This document shows, piece after piece, positions 18,280-27,274 of a stretch of DNA of 64,000 nt. The translations under genes were made by a program, and so were the position numbers. The notes below the pieces were generated by a model. It searched no databases. It saw only the letters and a list, made by a program, of their open reading frames with translations, and was not told the DNA's origin. The stretch is taken from NCBI GenBank assembly GCA_001563335.1, contig LRSL01000081.1, positions 1 through 64,000 of the forward strand. Reading direction: 5' to 3'. The stretch's first letter is position 1. Each line of letters begins with the position of its first letter. The stretch is from Candidatus Thorarchaeota archaeon SMTZ1-45. Its GTDB lineage: Archaea; Asgardarchaeota; Thorarchaeia; Thorarchaeales; Thorarchaeaceae.

Positions 18280-19122
18280 CTATAACTCAGCATGCAATCT
18301 CTGTAAGCTATCAATAACCTCTATTGGTACAGTGACACTTCCAAGGTCTGTGTAATGAACTGTACCATGGTAGTCACTTCCTCCTGTGTGTAGGATATCT
18401 AACCCCTTAATGATCTCTCTCACCTCATCTGATGATCGATGTATTCCCATGGATGTATAATCATAATCCACTTCTATGCCCAAAAGCCCTCCGTTCATCA
18501 GGGTTTCTATTAAAGAGCGAAGGTCTTGAACTTTTACAGTAAGTGGGTGAGCTAGGACAGGAACAGCCCCTGCTGACCTGAGTAAATCAATCGCCTCAAG
18601 TGCCTGCAATCGCTCTTTCCTAACGTATGCAGGTTTGTCATAAGCCAAGTACTTCTGAAATGCCTCATGTGTTGTCTTTACGAATCCTTTCTTGATTAGT
18701 AGTTGCGCAACATGTGGGCGACCAGGGCTTGATACTCCTTCTAGGCTCTCAGAGAGCTCACCCATTGAAACATCAAGTCCTAGCTCATTCAGTTTATGAA
18801 TCATCTTTGGAAGCCTATTGTGTCGTGCTACTCTTAGATACTCCAAACGATCATTGAGTGTCTTAAAGTCAGAAGGCACGAAATAACCCAATATGTGGAC
18901 TTCTTTAGCATCATATTCGGAGCTTATCTCAAGTCCCGGAACTCGAATTAGCTCATCGGATGCATCAGCATCCATGAACTCTTTTACGCCATCAAGCGAA
19001 TCGTGATCTGTAAGTGCGATGCCTCCTAGTTTTATCTCTTCTGCCTTTCTTACTAGTTCTGTGGGCGAATCACTTCCATCAGAAGCTGATGAATGAGTAT
19101 GCAAGTCAGCACGGGCTCTCAC
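18280..19122 (-). CDS. PHP domain phosphoesterase (TrpH/YciV-like)
   Basis: DLHTHSSASDG, LTDHD, GRPH, LAHP, GGSDYHG. Confidence 0.92.
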   Translation of the reverse strand: MRARADLHTHSSASDGSDSPTELVRKAEEIKLGGIALTDHDSLDGVKEFMDADASDELIRVPGLEISSEYDAKEVHILGYFVPSDFKTLNDRLEYLRVARHNRLPKMIHKLNELGLDVSMGELSESLEGVSSPGRPHVAQLLIKKGFVKTTHEAFQKYLAYDKPAYVRKERLQALEAIDLLRSAGAVPVLAHPLTVKVQDLRSLIETLMNGGLLGIEVDYDYTSMGIHRSSDEVREIIKGLDILHTGGSDYHGTVHYTDLGSVTVPIEVIDSLQRLHAEL

Positions 19123-19522
19123 TATGCTCCGCCTCCTGCCTTAGTGTTTCCACAAGCTTTCGGACTTTGTGGCATACTTTTCGTATCTCCTCTCGTGTCA
19201 CAGTAACTCCTGATGGACAGTCCTTATCGATAATGCATTTCCTCCTTCGTGCATCGTATATGATTGGATAATATCTACATCCTTCAGGTCGGTCCTCATA
19301 GATGCGACAAACCTGTGTTTTTGTGTCATAGAAGAAGCAGTTTCCATTGAGATTCCTAAGTTCGCAGAAACCAGCCATCACTCTGACAACGAAATCTTTT
19401 CTATCATAACCCAAGGCTTCAATTCTCTCGACATCTTTTCGAGTCAAGGTCATCTCCGTTTCAGTGCAGCACAGACGAATCTCTTCACAGGATCCATCAT
19501 GATTGCAGACAAAGGGGGTCAA
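19106..19522 (-). CDS. YkgJ family Cys-cluster protein (CxxCxxCC-like)
   Basis: LCC, CFFYD, CRIYEDRPEGCRYYP; TTG start with AGGAG upstream. Confidence 0.88.
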   Translation of the reverse strand: MTPFVCNHDGSCEEIRLCCTETEMTLTRKDVERIEALGYDRKDFVVRVMAGFCELRNLNGNCFFYDTKTQVCRIYEDRPEGCRYYPIIYDARRRKCIIDKDCPSGVTVTREEIRKVCHKVRKLVETLRQEAEHSESPC

Positions 19523-19544
19523 TATGTTTAGTACTCCTAGTGAC

Positions 19545-19619
19545 TCGGTCAGATTGCGGTTTAGTGGGTCATCACGCTGATGAGTTCGTTCACCATCCCT
19601 ACTTCTTCATCATCCCGAC
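19545..19619 (-). ncRNA. Box C/D guide sRNA (candidate)
   Basis: Minus strand reads GUCGGG-AUGAUGA(C)-AGAAGUAGGGAUG-GUGA(D')-spacer-GUGAUGA(C')-CCCACUAAACCGCAAU-CUGA(D)-CCGA; terminal stem UCGG/CCGA; TATA-like element about 25 nt upstream. Confidence 0.82.
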
Positions 19620-19644
19620 AATGAAGAATTAGAGACCTCTAGGC

Positions 19645-19658
19645 TAAATATACTTTCC
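19645..19658 (-). promoter_or_regulatory. BRE/TATA promoter candidate for the sRNA and the ykgJ-like operon
   Basis: Minus strand GGAAAGTATATTTA, about 25 nt upstream of the sRNA 5' end. Confidence 0.55.
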
Positions 19659-19841
19659 AAGAGTGCCATCATCTGGTCCATGATAGACGATGTGAAATAA
19701 GCTGTCCTATGGCTGCTGAATATTGATAGTGCACAATAGGAAAAGATCAATGACTACTCCCAATGTTCTGTTTGAAATCTCTTTTCACTGAAAAGCTTCT
19801 CATGATGGACTATAGATGTGATGAGAAAAAAAGAGGAAGGG

Positions 19842-20075
19842 CTATAGGCCTCTTCGTGCAAGCCGCCGAGATGGTGAGAGTTTCTTTGTTATATCCTCCG
19901 CACTCTCTCCAATAGGGAGTTGCTGAACTGGAAGTTTCTTTCCAGTAATTCGATAATAGGCATGAGCACGAGCTGCATATATGTATGCCATTAGATCATT
20001 TGGTTGAGTAGCTGCACCAAGGAGGAGTGCGCGTCTTTTTCCAAACACATCAAGAAGTCTTTCAATTATCTTCAT
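19842..20075 (-). CDS. Hypothetical small protein (about 77 aa)
   Basis: MKIIERLLDVFG...; fills the gap divergent from ABCE1 and is followed by a T-tract. Confidence 0.45.
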   Translation of the reverse strand: MKIIERLLDVFGKRRALLLGAATQPNDLMAYIYAARAHAYYRITGKKLPVQQLPIGESAEDITKKLSPSRRLARRGL

Positions 20076-20209
20076 AGCAGTTCGTTCCTTAGATACACTC
20101 TCAGAACTACAGAAAAGGATTGTTATCGAGTCATACGCACTCAGCCAAAGTGCTAAATACTCACCAAAAGCATCCTCGGTCAGCTCCTCTACAGAGGTTG
20201 ACACTTTCA

Positions 20210-22030
20210 ATGCGTATTGCAATAGTTGACAAGTTTAGATGTAGACCAAAGGACTGCACTCATGAGTGCCAGAGATTCTGTCCAAGGGTTAGAACTGGTG
20301 ATGAAACAGTTATCTTTCCTGATGGGCAGGACAAACCACCTGTCATAGTGGAATCTCTATGTTCTGGAGAGGCTATCTGTGTCAAGAAGTGTCCATATGA
20401 TGTCATTCGAATAGTAAACCTGCCCGAGGAGTTGGAAACCGATACAAGCCATCGGTATAGTGTCAACGGATTCAAGCTTTTCAGACTTCCAGTACCCAAA
20501 GATAGCCAAGTGTTAGGACTTATTGGACCAAACGGTGTTGGAAAGACAACAGCGATTAGGATACTTGCTGGTGAGATGGTTCCTAATCTAGGAAGGTTTG
20601 ACAATCCCCCAAGTTGGGATGAGATCATTCCAGAATTTCGTGGTTCTGAGCTGCAACCATTCTTTGAGAAGATTCAGGCTGGTACGCTTGTTCCCGTTCT
20701 GAAGCCTCAGAACATCACAGACCTACCTAAGGTAAAAGATCTAGCTGACAGACCCATCAGTGAATTACTAGAGTCCTCCGATTCATCAGGTCGATTGAAA
20801 GAGCTCAAGAATGACATGAGTCTCAATGAGATTTGGGACCGCCCCATAAAGTATCTTAGTGGTGGAGAGCTTCAACGAGTTGCTGTCACAGCAGCTATTG
20901 TCCGTGATGGAAACATCTACTTCTTTGACGAACCAACCGCTTATTTAGACGTTAGAGAGCGTCTTCGGATGGCTCGTGCAATTCGCAAGCTGTCATCTCT
21001 GGGAAAAACAGTAGTTGTTGTTGAGCATGATCTTTCGATCTTAGATTATGTGTCAGATTTGGTCTGCATGTTCTACGGAAATCCTGGTGTCTATGGTATT
21101 GTTTCACATCCACATGGAACCCGTGTTGGTGTAAACATCTTCCTGGACGGGTTCATTCCAGATGAAAATATGCGTTTTCGTGATACAGCAATCTCATTCA
21201 AGGGAATGACTGCTGACGATGAGGAGTACCTCTCACGTGAAGCCATGGTTGAATATGGAAACATGAAGAAGAGCTTCGAGGACTTCACACTTGAGATAAA
21301 GGGCAGTCGTGTTTCAAAGGGTCAGATTGTTGGTATCCTGGGTCCAAATGGAATTGGAAAGACAACGTTTGTAAGAATGCTAGCAGGAGAGTTGGAGCCT
21401 GATGAGGGCGAAGCTCCCAAGAAGACAGTCACCGGTCTTGACTTAAAGATTAGTTACAAACCTCAGTACATTCCAGCTGACTTTGATGGCAGTTTGAGAA
21501 TGTATCTACGAAAAGCTGGAGGCACTACGGTCGACTCTGCAGATTTCAAGACCTCTGTTATTAAGAAACTTGAACTTGAGCATCTCATGGAACATCAGAT
21601 ACCTGACCTTAGTGGAGGAGAGATGCAAAGAGCAGCTATTGCTGCATGTCTAGCTCGTGAGGCTGACATTTACCTCTTTGACGAACCATCTGCCTTTCTT
21701 GACATAGAGCAGAGACTTGCAAGCTCCCGTGCAATTCGTCGAATGGTTAGAACCAGTATGAAGACTGCTTTCATAGTCGAACACTCGATTCTGATGGCGG
21801 ACTATCTTAGTGATAGTCTCGTCGTGTTTGGAGGAGTTCCTGGAAAATCGGGTGTGGCATCCTCTGTCAGAACTCTCAGAAATGGAATGAACATGTTTCT
21901 GAAAGAGATGGGTGTGACATTTAGGAGAGATCCTCAAACTGGACGACCAAGAGTAAACAAAGACGGGTCGAAATTAGACTCGCAGCAGAAAGCATCTGGC
22001 GAGTATTACTACGTTGGAAAGGGCGATTAG
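20210..22030 (+). CDS. rli1: Ribosome recycling ATPase ABCE1/Rli1
   Basis: N-terminal Fe-S Cys pattern (CRPKDC..ECQRFCP), two ABC domains with GPNG.GKT and LSGGE, TFRRDP..GRPRVNK; start MRIAIVD. Confidence 0.96.
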   Translation: MRIAIVDKFRCRPKDCTHECQRFCPRVRTGDETVIFPDGQDKPPVIVESLCSGEAICVKKCPYDVIRIVNLPEELETDTSHRYSVNGFKLFRLPVPKDSQVLGLIGPNGVGKTTAIRILAGEMVPNLGRFDNPPSWDEIIPEFRGSELQPFFEKIQAGTLVPVLKPQNITDLPKVKDLADRPISELLESSDSSGRLKELKNDMSLNEIWDRPIKYLSGGELQRVAVTAAIVRDGNIYFFDEPTAYLDVRERLRMARAIRKLSSLGKTVVVVEHDLSILDYVSDLVCMFYGNPGVYGIVSHPHGTRVGVNIFLDGFIPDENMRFRDTAISFKGMTADDEEYLSREAMVEYGNMKKSFEDFTLEIKGSRVSKGQIVGILGPNGIGKTTFVRMLAGELEPDEGEAPKKTVTGLDLKISYKPQYIPADFDGSLRMYLRKAGGTTVDSADFKTSVIKKLELEHLMEHQIPDLSGGEMQRAAIAACLAREADIYLFDEPSAFLDIEQRLASSRAIRRMVRTSMKTAFIVEHSILMADYLSDSLVVFGGVPGKSGVASSVRTLRNGMNMFLKEMGVTFRRDPQTGRPRVNKDGSKLDSQQKASGEYYYVGKGD

Positions 22031-22038
22031 CAGTATGG

Positions 22039-22257
22039 TTACCCGTCATGTTTCACAATTTTGATTTTACAGTTTCCACACCGATTGGTATCAAGAATTG
22101 CCCACCCTTTATAGCTTCGAGCAAGTTGGATATTTCCACCCCGATTGGTTATTGCAAATCTTGGAGTCTTTTTAGTCCATCAAAGTGCTATATTTCCAGC
22201 AATGAATCCTTTCTCCATCTTGGTATTGCAATAGGGACATGAATCATTTTCTAGCAT
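22039..22257 (-). pseudogene. DUF6487/PF20097-like Zn-finger ORF interrupted by an in-frame TGA
   Basis: MLENDSCPYCNTKMEKGFIAGNIAL*WTKK...NRCGNCKIKIVKHDG; TGA at codon 26 (22180-22182). Confidence 0.65.
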
Positions 22258-23075
22258 AGTTTTCTGCTCCAATATTTCTTCCCTGATTTCTGTTCGTCCA
22301 TTTCAGCCAAGATTTTCACTGCCTCATTTCCGCATTTGATTACATCTGATTCCCCTTTCACTGCAAACTCATCGCGCACCCTGTTTGCGTATACTGCACA
22401 TACTGCACCGGTTCTGAATCCGTAGATGTTGCCTAATGTGAAGAGTGTCGCGGCTTCCATCTCAAAATTGACCACATTGGCTCTTGTGAGATCTTTGATG
22501 AGGGTTTCACTCATGCTTTGTGTATAACCCCCGAAACCAGGACGTGATTGTCCAAGATAGAAGGAGTCCGTTGAAGCGGAGATTCCAAGATGATATTTTA
22601 CTCCGACGGTTTCTGCTGCTTCTACAAATGCCAGTATGACTTCATATGATGCTGAAGCAGGATACTCTGGAGTCACATACTGCTTGCTTGTTCCGTCTAG
22701 CCGAACTGCCGCAGTGGAGATGATGATATCCCCAATGTCAATTTCATTCTTCAATGTGGCACATGATCCTACGCGAAGAAAGGTTTCTGCTCCGACATTT
22801 GCTAACTCTTCTATGACTATGGCTGTTCCCGGTCCGCCTATACCCGTCGAACATGCAGAGATGTCTGCACCTTTGTATTTTCCAGTGTGTGTGACAAACT
22901 GCCTGTGCATAGCTACTTCTCTTGATTCATCCCAGAGCGAGCTGATTCTTTCAACTCTCTGAGGATCACCAGGAATAAGTACAGTTTTTGCCACATCACC
23001 TTCCTTTACCTCAAGATGATATTGTTCCCTATCTTTCGTGATTGGTCGGGTGGCAGAGATCTTCTTGTCTGTCAT
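22251..23075 (-). CDS. udp: Uridine phosphorylase
   Basis: QYHL, PGDPQR, STGIGGP, RVGSC, DSFYLGQ.R, NFEMEAA. Confidence 0.92.
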   Translation of the reverse strand: MTDKKISATRPITKDREQYHLEVKEGDVAKTVLIPGDPQRVERISSLWDESREVAMHRQFVTHTGKYKGADISACSTGIGGPGTAIVIEELANVGAETFLRVGSCATLKNEIDIGDIIISTAAVRLDGTSKQYVTPEYPASASYEVILAFVEAAETVGVKYHLGISASTDSFYLGQSRPGFGGYTQSMSETLIKDLTRANVVNFEMEAATLFTLGNIYGFRTGAVCAVYANRVRDEFAVKGESDVIKCGNEAVKILAEMDEQKSGKKYWSRKLC

Positions 23076-23186
23076 ATGAAACCACTGTCTATTGGCATGA
23101 ACACAACGATTTGTTACTTTCGCATCACTCGCTAAGCATATAGGGGGATAACATCTTCTATTGAAAACTGTCTGAGGTCAATTGAC

Positions 23187-24074
23187 ATGGTAAATCTTGA
23201 TGATCTACAACATTTGAACTTGGGAAAGCGTACGCGCCTTCATCGTATGATGTATGAATATGGTCCTGGCAATGGGACGCTATTGATACTCCCTATTGAT
23301 CAAGGAATGGAGCATGGTCCTGTTGATTTCTTCACAGATCATGACTGTCTGAATCCAGAGTATCAGTTTAGACTTGCTGTGGAAGGTGGATACTCTGGAA
23401 TAGCACTGCATCTAGGTCTTGCTGAAAAATATGGTCCCAAATTTGCAGGCAAAATCCCCATTGTGCTGAAGATTAATGGAAAGACTCGTATTCCTTCTTC
23501 AAATGAACCTGTATCGCCTATGACTGGATCAGTAGAGGATGCAGTCCGAATTGGTGCAGACGCAGTTGGATACACACTCTATGTTGGAAGTCCAAAACAG
23601 CATACTGACTTCACACAATTTCGGAAAGTCAAGGAGGATGCAGAACGTTATGGAATTCCAATCATTGTCTGGGCGTATCCAAGAGGTGATGCTGTTGATT
23701 CGAAAGGTGGTCGTGACTCTCTGTATGCTATAGATTATGCAGCAAGAGTTTCCGACGAACTTGGAGCTGATGTTGTCAAATTGAATGTACCAGTTACAAG
23801 TGCAAAGAGCAGGTCGATGCAACCACCACCCTATGATACACTCAATCTCAGTACTGAGGACATGGTGGCAAAGGTTGTAAAGTCTGCAGGCAAAACATTG
23901 GTCATATTTTCTGGCGGTGGGATGGCCACCGATGAAGAGGTCATTGAACGCGCCAAGATTTGCATGGAGCAAGGGGCTACTGGATTGATTTTCGGCCGAA
24001 ACCTCTGGCAAAGAAACTGGGATGATGCCCTCAAAATGACAAAATTGCTCAAGGATATCATGTTAAAGGTCTGA
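23187..24074 (+). CDS. Class I fructose-bisphosphate aldolase (DhnA family)
   Basis: LPIDQGMEHGP, VWAYPRG, GADVVK Schiff-base Lys, IFGRN.WQ. Confidence 0.9.
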   Translation: MVNLDDLQHLNLGKRTRLHRMMYEYGPGNGTLLILPIDQGMEHGPVDFFTDHDCLNPEYQFRLAVEGGYSGIALHLGLAEKYGPKFAGKIPIVLKINGKTRIPSSNEPVSPMTGSVEDAVRIGADAVGYTLYVGSPKQHTDFTQFRKVKEDAERYGIPIIVWAYPRGDAVDSKGGRDSLYAIDYAARVSDELGADVVKLNVPVTSAKSRSMQPPPYDTLNLSTEDMVAKVVKSAGKTLVIFSGGGMATDEEVIERAKICMEQGATGLIFGRNLWQRNWDDALKMTKLLKDIMLKV

Positions 24075-24155
24075 GAATCAAGTTTCGAAATTCCAATTAC
24101 TGTATTAACCCGATGAGAACTATTATATGGGTAAAGAATAGCCGAAGGACATGAC

Positions 24156-24175
24156 GAGCCTCAATTTTGAGGCTC
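24156..24175. promoter_or_regulatory. 9-bp inverted repeat upstream of fbp
   Basis: GAGCCTCAA-TT-TTGAGGCTC between a TATA-like TATTATAT (24121) and the ATG (24204). Confidence 0.45.
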
Positions 24176-24203
24176 ATTAACAAAGATTTGGAGCGAGTTA
24201 CCA

Positions 24204-25352
24204 ATGGTTGAAACCACCATTAGTGTGATTAAAGCAGATATTGGCTCACTGGCAGGGCATATCGTTGTACCTGATTTCCTTTTCGAAGCAGCGCGGAAAT
24301 CATTGAAGGAAGGAGTGAATCAGAAAATCATCAATGATTTCTATGTCACTAACGCTGGTGATGACCTTGAACTAATCATGACCCACAATAAAGGTGAAGG
24401 CGCTGAGGATGTTCACAAACTTGCATGGGATACGTTCATGAAGGGCACAGAACTTGCTCGTGAGAAGAAAATCTACGCCGCTGGTCAGGATATCCTTGCA
24501 GATACATTCAGTGGTAACGTGAAGGGTATGGGCCCAGGCTCCGCAGAGATGGTGATTGAAGAACGCAGGTCTGAACCGATTGCTATATTCATGGCGGACA
24601 AGACAGAACCTGGTGCATTCAATCTCCCACTTTACAAGATGTTCGCTGATCCCTTTAACACAGCAGGTCTCGTTATTGACCCTAACCTACATGATGGCTT
24701 TAGGTTCATCATTCAAGATATCATGAAGGACATTCCTTGCTTTATTGAAATGAAGACTCCTGAAGAGTCATACGATGTTTTAGCACTTCTTGGAAGTACA
24801 GGTCGCTATACAATAAAGAAAGTCTATCGCGCAGATGGAATGATAACAGCATCAGTCAGCACCGACAAACTTCACGCTGTTGCTGGCAAATATGTTGGAA
24901 AAGATGATCCAGTAGCAATTATCAGGGCTCATTCAGGGCTTCCAGCTATGGGTGAGGTCCTTGAAGCATTTACTATGCCCCATCTAGTTTCTGGTTGGAT
25001 GCGTGGTTCTCATGCAGGACCTCTTCTTCCCGTGGGACTGAAGGACTCACGATGTACTCGATTTGATGGTCCTCCACGAGTTGTTGGACTTGGATTCCAA
25101 GTTTCAAATGGAGTGCTTATTGGTCCTGTTGACCTGTTCGATGACGTTGCTTTTGACATCACACGTCAAAGAGGCATGGAAATCGCTGACTATCTTCGAC
25201 GTATCGGACCATTTCAACCCCATCGTCTTGCTGAGCATGAGATGGAGTATACAACTTTGCCTAAAGTTCTCGCCAGCTGTGAGAATCGATTCGTTGAAGA
25301 AGAAATTGTACCAAAGACTAAAGCCAAGGATACATCTGAGTCTGCGGAGTAA
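24204..25352 (+). CDS. fbp: Fructose-1,6-bisphosphate aldolase/phosphatase (class V)
   Basis: IKADIG, GDDL, AGQD, GNVKGMGP, DKTEPGAFN, YVGKDDP, GWMRGSH, FDGPP, EMEYTT. Confidence 0.96.
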   Translation: MVETTISVIKADIGSLAGHIVVPDFLFEAARKSLKEGVNQKIINDFYVTNAGDDLELIMTHNKGEGAEDVHKLAWDTFMKGTELAREKKIYAAGQDILADTFSGNVKGMGPGSAEMVIEERRSEPIAIFMADKTEPGAFNLPLYKMFADPFNTAGLVIDPNLHDGFRFIIQDIMKDIPCFIEMKTPEESYDVLALLGSTGRYTIKKVYRADGMITASVSTDKLHAVAGKYVGKDDPVAIIRAHSGLPAMGEVLEAFTMPHLVSGWMRGSHAGPLLPVGLKDSRCTRFDGPPRVVGLGFQVSNGVLIGPVDLFDDVAFDITRQRGMEIADYLRRIGPFQPHRLAEHEMEYTTLPKVLASCENRFVEEEIVPKTKAKDTSESAE

Positions 25353-25409
25353 ATGAGAAGGGACCATCAGTCTCTTTACTCTTCATTTAAAATGCACATA
25401 CTTGCCCAT

Positions 25410-25700
25410 CTATCCAGTTCTTTTAATGATATGATAACCGAACTGAGTCTTTACAGGGTCTCTGGTCATTGCACCAACACTAAGGGCAAACGCAGCTCTT
25501 TCAAATTCAGGGACCATTTGACCCTTAGTGAACCATCCAAGGTCTCCACCCCTCTTCTTAGAAGAACATGAGCTATACTGTTTTGCTATGTGTCCGAAGT
25601 CCTCACCCTCAGCAATTCTACTTATCATGGCGAGGGCTTGACTATGTTTATCTACCAGAATATGGCTCGCCCTGATCTTTCCAGCTTTTCCTTTCGCCAT
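25410..25700 (-). CDS. Parvulin-type peptidyl-prolyl isomerase
   Basis: ASHILV, GGDLGWF..GQMVPEFE, VKTQFGYHII. Confidence 0.95.
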   Translation of the reverse strand: MAKGKAGKIRASHILVDKHSQALAMISRIAEGEDFGHIAKQYSSCSSKKRGGDLGWFTKGQMVPEFERAAFALSVGAMTRDPVKTQFGYHIIKRTG

Positions 25701-25823
25701 TGAAATCACCCAGATTGTGTGATAGCCACCAGTGATGTAGTCTTAAACTTGTCCTAGGTTTCCCCTATCAGAGTTTTTATTTCGAACTATGCGTTAACCT
25801 CGACACTTGTAGGTTGATGCCAC

Positions 25824-26864
25824 ATGAAAGCAGCAGTATTCCACGAATATGGTTCCCCGGAGGTTCTCAAGTATGAAGACTTTCCAATTCCTGAAATTGG
25901 GTCAAATCAAGTGCTTGTGGAGGTGAAAGCTGTCGCTCTCAACCATTTGGATCTGCTTGTGCGTAAAGGGATTCCAGGGTTAAAATTAGAGCTGCCCCAC
26001 ATTCTTGGGAGTGATATTTCTGGAATAATCAAGGAAACAGGTAGTGCTGTTGCAGAAGGTCTTTACGCGAGTCAAAAAGTGATTATTGATCCTAATCTTT
26101 CATGTGGGGTCTGTGAATTTTGCATTCGTGGAGAGGAATCACTCTGCGTTGATTATGGAATACTCGGCGAACATTCTCGTGGAGGATATGCTGACTTTAT
26201 CTCAGTGGATGAGAAGAATATCATACCTATTCCAGAATACAGTGAACTCGATTTTAGTCAAGCCGCTGCAGTTCCACTCACATTTATGACAGCTTGGCGC
26301 ATGTTAGTTACTAAAGCCAGAGTAAGACCTGGTGATGATGTTCTGATTCTTGGAATCGGTGGTGGAGTGGCTTTAGCTGCATTACAGATTGCAAAGACTG
26401 CAGGTGCTCGAGTTCTCGTTACAAGCTCGACTGATGAGAAGTTAGAGAAAGCAATCGAATTAGGGGCATCTGTTGGCATTAATTACAAAACGAATCCTGA
26501 CTTCCACAAAGAGGTTTGGAATTTCACTAATCGGAGAGGTGTTGACATTGTTGTTGACTCGGTTGGTGAAGCAACTTGGGAGAAAAGTCTTCGAAGCCTA
26601 TCCAAAGGAGGGAAGCTTGTGACTTGTGGTGCAACTACTGGACCCAATGCAACAACAAATCTCAATTTGCTGTTCTGGAAGCAACTCGAAATCCTTGGGT
26701 CGACTATGGGAAGTCGTTCTGAACTTCGTGATGTCCTAAAACTTGTATGGAATGGACAGCTCAACCCCGTCGTTGATCGTATTCTTCCGTTGTCAAAAGC
26801 CCAGAAAGCTCATGAGATTCTTGAAAAGAGTGAGCAGTTTGGCAAACTTGTTCTAAAACCATAA
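25824..26864 (+). CDS. Zn-binding dehydrogenase / quinone oxidoreductase (MDR)
   Basis: ALNHLD, CGVCEFC..G.ESLC, TAWRML, GIGGGV, FGKLVL. Confidence 0.9.
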   Translation: MKAAVFHEYGSPEVLKYEDFPIPEIGSNQVLVEVKAVALNHLDLLVRKGIPGLKLELPHILGSDISGIIKETGSAVAEGLYASQKVIIDPNLSCGVCEFCIRGEESLCVDYGILGEHSRGGYADFISVDEKNIIPIPEYSELDFSQAAAVPLTFMTAWRMLVTKARVRPGDDVLILGIGGGVALAALQIAKTAGARVLVTSSTDEKLEKAIELGASVGINYKTNPDFHKEVWNFTNRRGVDIVVDSVGEATWEKSLRSLSKGGKLVTCGATTGPNATTNLNLLFWKQLEILGSTMGSRSELRDVLKLVWNGQLNPVVDRILPLSKAQKAHEILEKSEQFGKLVLKP

Positions 26865-26945
26865 CCAACCTAGTAATACCCTGATACGCACTACAATCAG
26901 ACACCCTTTCATTATGTACTTTGTATTGAAGTGTCTTGGTGTAGA

Positions 26946-27170
26946 ATGAGAGTCGTCACTATATGTCTCCCAGAATCTTATGTTGAAGGAGTAGATGAGC
27001 TGATAATCCAAAACAAATATCCCAATCGCTCAGAAGTCATCAGAATTGCTATACGAGATCTACTTGTTGACGAGCTCTGGGGGGACCGTAAGCCCTCTAG
27101 CAGCCTGCCGCTCGTTGCGCAACTTCAGAAACTTGCTCTCATGCAGGATCCACCTCAAAAACCAACATAA
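26946..27170 (+). CDS. CopG/ribbon-helix-helix regulator
   Basis: MRVVTICLP...YPNRSEVIRIAIRDLL. Confidence 0.9.
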   Translation: MRVVTICLPESYVEGVDELIIQNKYPNRSEVIRIAIRDLLVDELWGDRKPSSSLPLVAQLQKLALMQDPPQKPT

Positions 27171-27274
27171 AGATAGATACAACTGAGCTATCTTTTTCTA
27201 TAACTACACGCAACAAAAACGTGAGCAAGACGGGGACAAGTATTGCTCTTTCTCGATTAGGAGCGAACTCGAAT

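Noticed and set aside
19577-19600. CTGATGAG resembling a hammerhead ribozyme core on the + strand
   Set aside because: No stem II followed by GAAA; the region is better explained by the minus-strand C/D sRNA
19798-19826. AUGA...GA hairpin as a SECIS element
   Set aside because: The inner segment is too short for SECIS helix II plus loop, and there is no upstream same-strand UGA-containing gene
20120-20209. N-terminal extension of the ABCE1 ORF
   Set aside because: Homologues begin at MRIA; GAGGT precedes the ATG at 20210
22072-22150. Repeat TTTCCAC(A/C)CCGATTGGT occurring twice, as a possible mini-CRISPR
   Set aside because: Only two short copies, no cas genes; both lie in the hidden ORF and encode TNRGGN / TNRCGN
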